A DNA stretch of 64,000 nucleotides, from positions 124,001 to 188,000 of the forward strand of contig JBLWGC010000140.1 in NCBI GenBank assembly GCA_048772705.1, given 5' to 3'. How positions within the stretch are numbered: the first letter of the stretch is position 1; each line of letters begins with the position of its first letter. The notes under the pieces were generated by a model. It was not told the origin of the DNA and ran no database searches. It saw only the letters and a list, made by a program, of their open reading frames with translations. A program made the position numbers and the translations under genes. Origin of the DNA: Leidyana gryllorum EB-2025a (lineage: Eukaryota; Protista; Apicomplexa). Below, piece after piece: positions 61,140 to 64,000 of the stretch.

Positions 61140-61218
61140 TCAGATAGGAGCGAAAGACTATTTATTGTTAGCATCCACGGTCCGTGTCGCGACAAAGGTT
61201 GCAGGGAGTTATCATCAG
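61140..61218 (-). ncRNA. Box C/D snoRNA type A copy 1 (snR60/SNORD80-like)
   Basis: TGATGA...TAGTCTTTCGCTCCTAT-CTGA; guide complementary to the conserved LSU rRNA sequence AUAGGGGCGAAAGACUA; CGGCA/TGCCG terminal stem. Confidence 0.88.
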
Positions 61219-61294
61219 TTGCCGGTTCACTCATGCGACAGTTTATGATCAAGAGAAGGTCTGGTTGCGAGCACGGGAGGGATGCACTATAATA

Positions 61295-61368
61295 TCAGAC
61301 AGCCAAGGAAACAGTTGTAGTCGTCATTGGTAATCGGCGACTCTAGTCAATTGCTGCTGCGTCATCAT
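61295..61368 (-). ncRNA. Box C/D snoRNA type B copy 1 (double guide, SNORD52/53-like)
   Basis: ATGATGA..GACTAGAGTCG-CCGA(D')..GTTTCCTTGGCTGT-CTGA; guides match LSU rRNA UGACUCUAGU and ACAGCCAAGGGAAC. Confidence 0.88.
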
Positions 61369-61435
61369 GAGCATTCTGGTGATCAGGCAAGTGAGGAGCG
61401 CGTGCACGAGTGGTAAATGAGTTCACTAATAGTAA

Positions 61436-61514
61436 TCAGATAGGAGCGAAAGACTATTTATTGTTAGCGTCCACGGTCCGTGTCGCGACAAAGGTTGCAG
61501 GGATTTATCATCAT
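61436..61514 (-). ncRNA. Box C/D snoRNA type A copy 2
   Basis: Near-identical to copy 1; boxes intact. Confidence 0.88.
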
Positions 61515-61568
61515 GAGAACCTCATACACACATACATGGGGAGGAAGAAGATGGATAGACAAGTTCTA

Positions 61569-61643
61569 TCAGACAGCCAAGGAAACAGTTGTAGTCGTCA
61601 TTGGTGATCGGCGACTCTAGTCAATTTGCTGCTGCGTCATCAT
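61569..61643 (-). ncRNA. Box C/D snoRNA type B copy 2
   Basis: Near-identical to copy 1; boxes intact. Confidence 0.88.
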
Positions 61644-61744
61644 GAACAGTGCAGGAAAATGCGAAGAATTATCAAAGTGAAGATTGCTGTGATGATAAAG
61701 TCATGAATAGCGCACTTGAACAATGGGCGTTTCAACTGATATAA

Positions 61745-61823
61745 TCAGATAGGAGCGAAAGACTATTTATTGTTAGCGTCCACGGTCCGTGTCGCGACAA
61801 AGGTTGCAGGGAGTTATCATCAT
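61745..61823 (-). ncRNA. Box C/D snoRNA type A copy 3
   Basis: Near-identical to copy 1; boxes intact. Confidence 0.88.
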
Positions 61824-61907
61824 GGGAACTCAAACCACACACACACGCGCGCGCGCACACATACACACACAGCGAGGAAGACGAAGAAGATGAATCGACA
61901 AGTTCTA

Positions 61908-61982
61908 TCAGACAGCCAAGGAAACAGTTGTAGTCGTCATTGATAATCGGCGACTCTAGTCAATTTGCTGCTGCGTCATCAT
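61908..61982 (-). ncRNA. Box C/D snoRNA type B copy 3
   Basis: Near-identical to copy 1; boxes intact. Confidence 0.88.
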
Positions 61983-62197
61983 GAGTGATTGAAGCTTGAG
62001 GGCCAAGACGAGAACGAAAGACATTCAAGGAGATGGAAGAATAAATAGATGTGAGATAACCTCTGGATTTTTGGAACCGTTCAAATTCGCGTCTTCTGTT
62101 TTGTCTTTTCGCGGGGGCACAATAGCCTCTCCGCCCCCCTACAACATCTGCTCCAAACAAAAAGTACCCAGTATACCAACAACCCCCCTATCCCCCG

Positions 62198-64000
62198 TCA
62201 GCCTAAGGACCCGTAGACATCAATGTCTTCATCTTCGATCGTGGCTTTCGCAGTACCGCGAAGGCTGTCCTGTAGACGAGGGCCCTGACTTTCCTCAACC
62301 TCCCCTGACCCGCCTCCCTTAACAATCTTTGTACGCAGTGACGCCAAAGGATTGATGATGTATGTCGATGTGAACTGATTTAGTTTACTGCTGCTGACCC
62401 CACCTGGCTCCAATACCTCCACGCCATTCTCCTCTCCCGTCACGTTCTCAGTTTCCACCGCCGCAGGAGCCTCCACTACCGCGGCAGCCTCCACCGCCGC
62501 GGGAGACGATCGAGGCACCTCGGCCTGTGACGCCCCGCCCTCATCACACAATTCCACCGGGAGCGATTGCATCACCTGTCCGTCATCACCGCTTGTTGCA
62601 GTGACAGCTGGAATGGCCACACTCGAACGACCTTTCATTTCTGCACAAGTCAAGTTGATGACCTCAACAGCTCGTGAGGCCGATAACAATCCCTCGCCTT
62701 CCTCTCCTTCTTTCGGACTCCTCTGCGTGCCAGTGAGGGGTGGGGGCGAAACCAGTAACTCTGCCCCCTCCCCACCATCATCCCTCGGCACCACGGCAGC
62801 TCCGCCGCCGCCGCGACTCAGCCCACTCCGTAACATCTTCGATAAAGCACCACTGTGGTACAGTTGAGAGGGAAGGGAGGTAAGTCGTGAACTCAATGAT
62901 CGGGTTGAAATCAATGGATCTGACGATTGGGCCATGGGCTCTCTGTTTCTGACAAGCCAACTGGCACCGCCTCCGCCTCGGCTTGAGGCCGCCGGACTCA
63001 GGCAGCTATCACTCGGTGAGGGGGCTATACTCTCTACGTCCTCGCACCAACGCTCCTCATACTTTCGTACTGAAGGGGGCTCGACAGGAGTTTTGACCCC
63101 CCCACTGTCTTCGTGAGAGCCGCTCTTCGGGGACACCGCGTCCCCAGCAGGGGGAGCAATAGCATCCGCAGTCGTCACTCCAGGCCGCGGAGGACTCGAG
63201 GTGCTCGATAACGTCGACCTCGGCTGGCGGTTGAGCGCATTCAGTATGGTTGAATGACCCTTTTTGGCCAACTCAGCGATAACACTCGGAAGAGACGTCA
63301 CCAACTTTTGAGCCGCGCCACTCTGGGGATCTGTCGATCCCATCACATTCGTTTGAGTCGATGGCTTTGGCTGCGATCGCTGCTGCCCATCCATCACTGC
63401 CATTGACAGTTCCCTCAAAGTGTTCTTCTTGTCCCAGTAGGAGGCCACAGCAGCCTTGTAGACTTCTCCTCCCATATCGCGAGCACTTCGGGGACGCTGA
63501 CTCAGCGCTCCTGTCAACCCTTTAACAGTGTACATCCGAGCATCCACCGCTTCGTAGGCTTGTTTCAACTGTCGCAATGGATTCTGTGACTTGGTTAGAT
63601 TGTCTTGGATCAGAGGGTGTTCCATCAACTGTCTGGCGGTGGGGCGCTCTGTGACCAGCGGCACCAGACACTGACGGATAAAACTGATCATTTGAGGAGG
63701 CACTTTGCGCTCCAATAGCTCTGACAACAAACATTCGATGTAATCGACGTCGGTCACAATATCTAAAACCTGCAGCGGAAGCGCAAATGGACAAATTGAG
63801 TGACAACACCTTTCCTCCAAATCGAAACTTACCCGACTAATCGCATCGCCATGAATATCTCCACCAGATAGAGCATCGAACGGAGTGTCGCCTGTAAGTA
63901 ATTCTAAGCTAAACAATCCAAGACACCAGACATCGGTGCTCGACTGCTTGGGGTACTCTTCCCCATCAACACCAGACGTGCCGCCTGCATCATCAAGCAT
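62198..64000 (-). CDS. Ser/Thr protein kinase, 3' portion (5' end outside the window)
   Basis: Subdomain IX STDVWCLGLFSLELLTGDTPF and XI FIRQCL..ERPTARQLMEHPLI, followed by a long S/P-rich tail. Confidence 0.85.
   Translation of the reverse strand: MLDDAGGTSGVDGEEYPKQSSTDVWCLGLFSLELLTGDTPFDALSGGDIHGDAISRVSFDLEERCCHSICPFALPLQVLDIVTDVDYIECLLSELLERKVPPQMISFIRQCLVPLVTERPTARQLMEHPLIQDNLTKSQNPLRQLKQAYEAVDARMYTVKGLTGALSQRPRSARDMGGEVYKAAVASYWDKKNTLRELSMAVMDGQQRSQPKPSTQTNVMGSTDPQSGAAQKLVTSLPSVIAELAKKGHSTILNALNRQPRSTLSSTSSPPRPGVTTADAIAPPAGDAVSPKSGSHEDSGGVKTPVEPPSVRKYEERWCEDVESIAPSPSDSCLSPAASSRGGGGASWLVRNREPMAQSSDPLISTRSLSSRLTSLPSQLYHSGALSKMLRSGLSRGGGGAAVVPRDDGGEGAELLVSPPPLTGTQRSPKEGEEGEGLLSASRAVEVINLTCAEMKGRSSVAIPAVTATSGDDGQVMQSLPVELCDEGGASQAEVPRSSPAAVEAAAVVEAPAAVETENVTGEENGVEVLEPGGVSSSKLNQFTSTYIINPLASLRTKIVKGGGSGEVEESQGPRLQDSLRGTAKATIEDEDIDVYGSLG

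Noticed and set aside
61688-61739. Plus-strand GTGATGA...CTGA mini snoRNA in a spacer
   Set aside because: It is only ~52 nt, on the opposite strand to the cluster, single copy, and has no clear guide.
61140-61982. CRISPR array
   Set aside because: There are two alternating ~78-nt repeats bounded by C/D boxes with rRNA-antisense guides, no cas genes, and a eukaryotic context.

Overview
Eukaryotic, very gene-dense DNA with short GT-AG introns. An alveolin/IMC gene points to an alveolate, probably a gregarine-like apicomplexan (inference). Region 1-45.8 kb is a packed core of housekeeping genes: alveolin, RPB11, membrin, a stand-alone RFTS-domain protein, RAD6/UBC2, JMJD5, YEATS4, two glycosyltransferases, a CCCH protein, UBA2, PRPS, GPI8, AP sigma, TRAPPC10, homoserine dehydrogenase, an FG nucleoporin, TBP-like, DEK-C and DESI. 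Spacers there are nearly absent: two bacterial-style stop/start overlaps (TAATG, TGATG), 13-36 nt head-to-head gaps and overlapping convergent stops. A palindrome, CACACGTGTG, recurs almost only inside introns. Region 45.8-59.7 kb is an accessory island of about 11 co-oriented, apparently intronless copies of an unrecognised protein family (MVxCVKK...FLLASLPQS N-terminus), about 4 of them pseudogenised. After it come a candidate ~420-nt structured RNA, three tandem copies of a box C/D snoRNA pair, and the 3' part of a protein kinase gene. Exon boundaries were read by eye and no searches were run.
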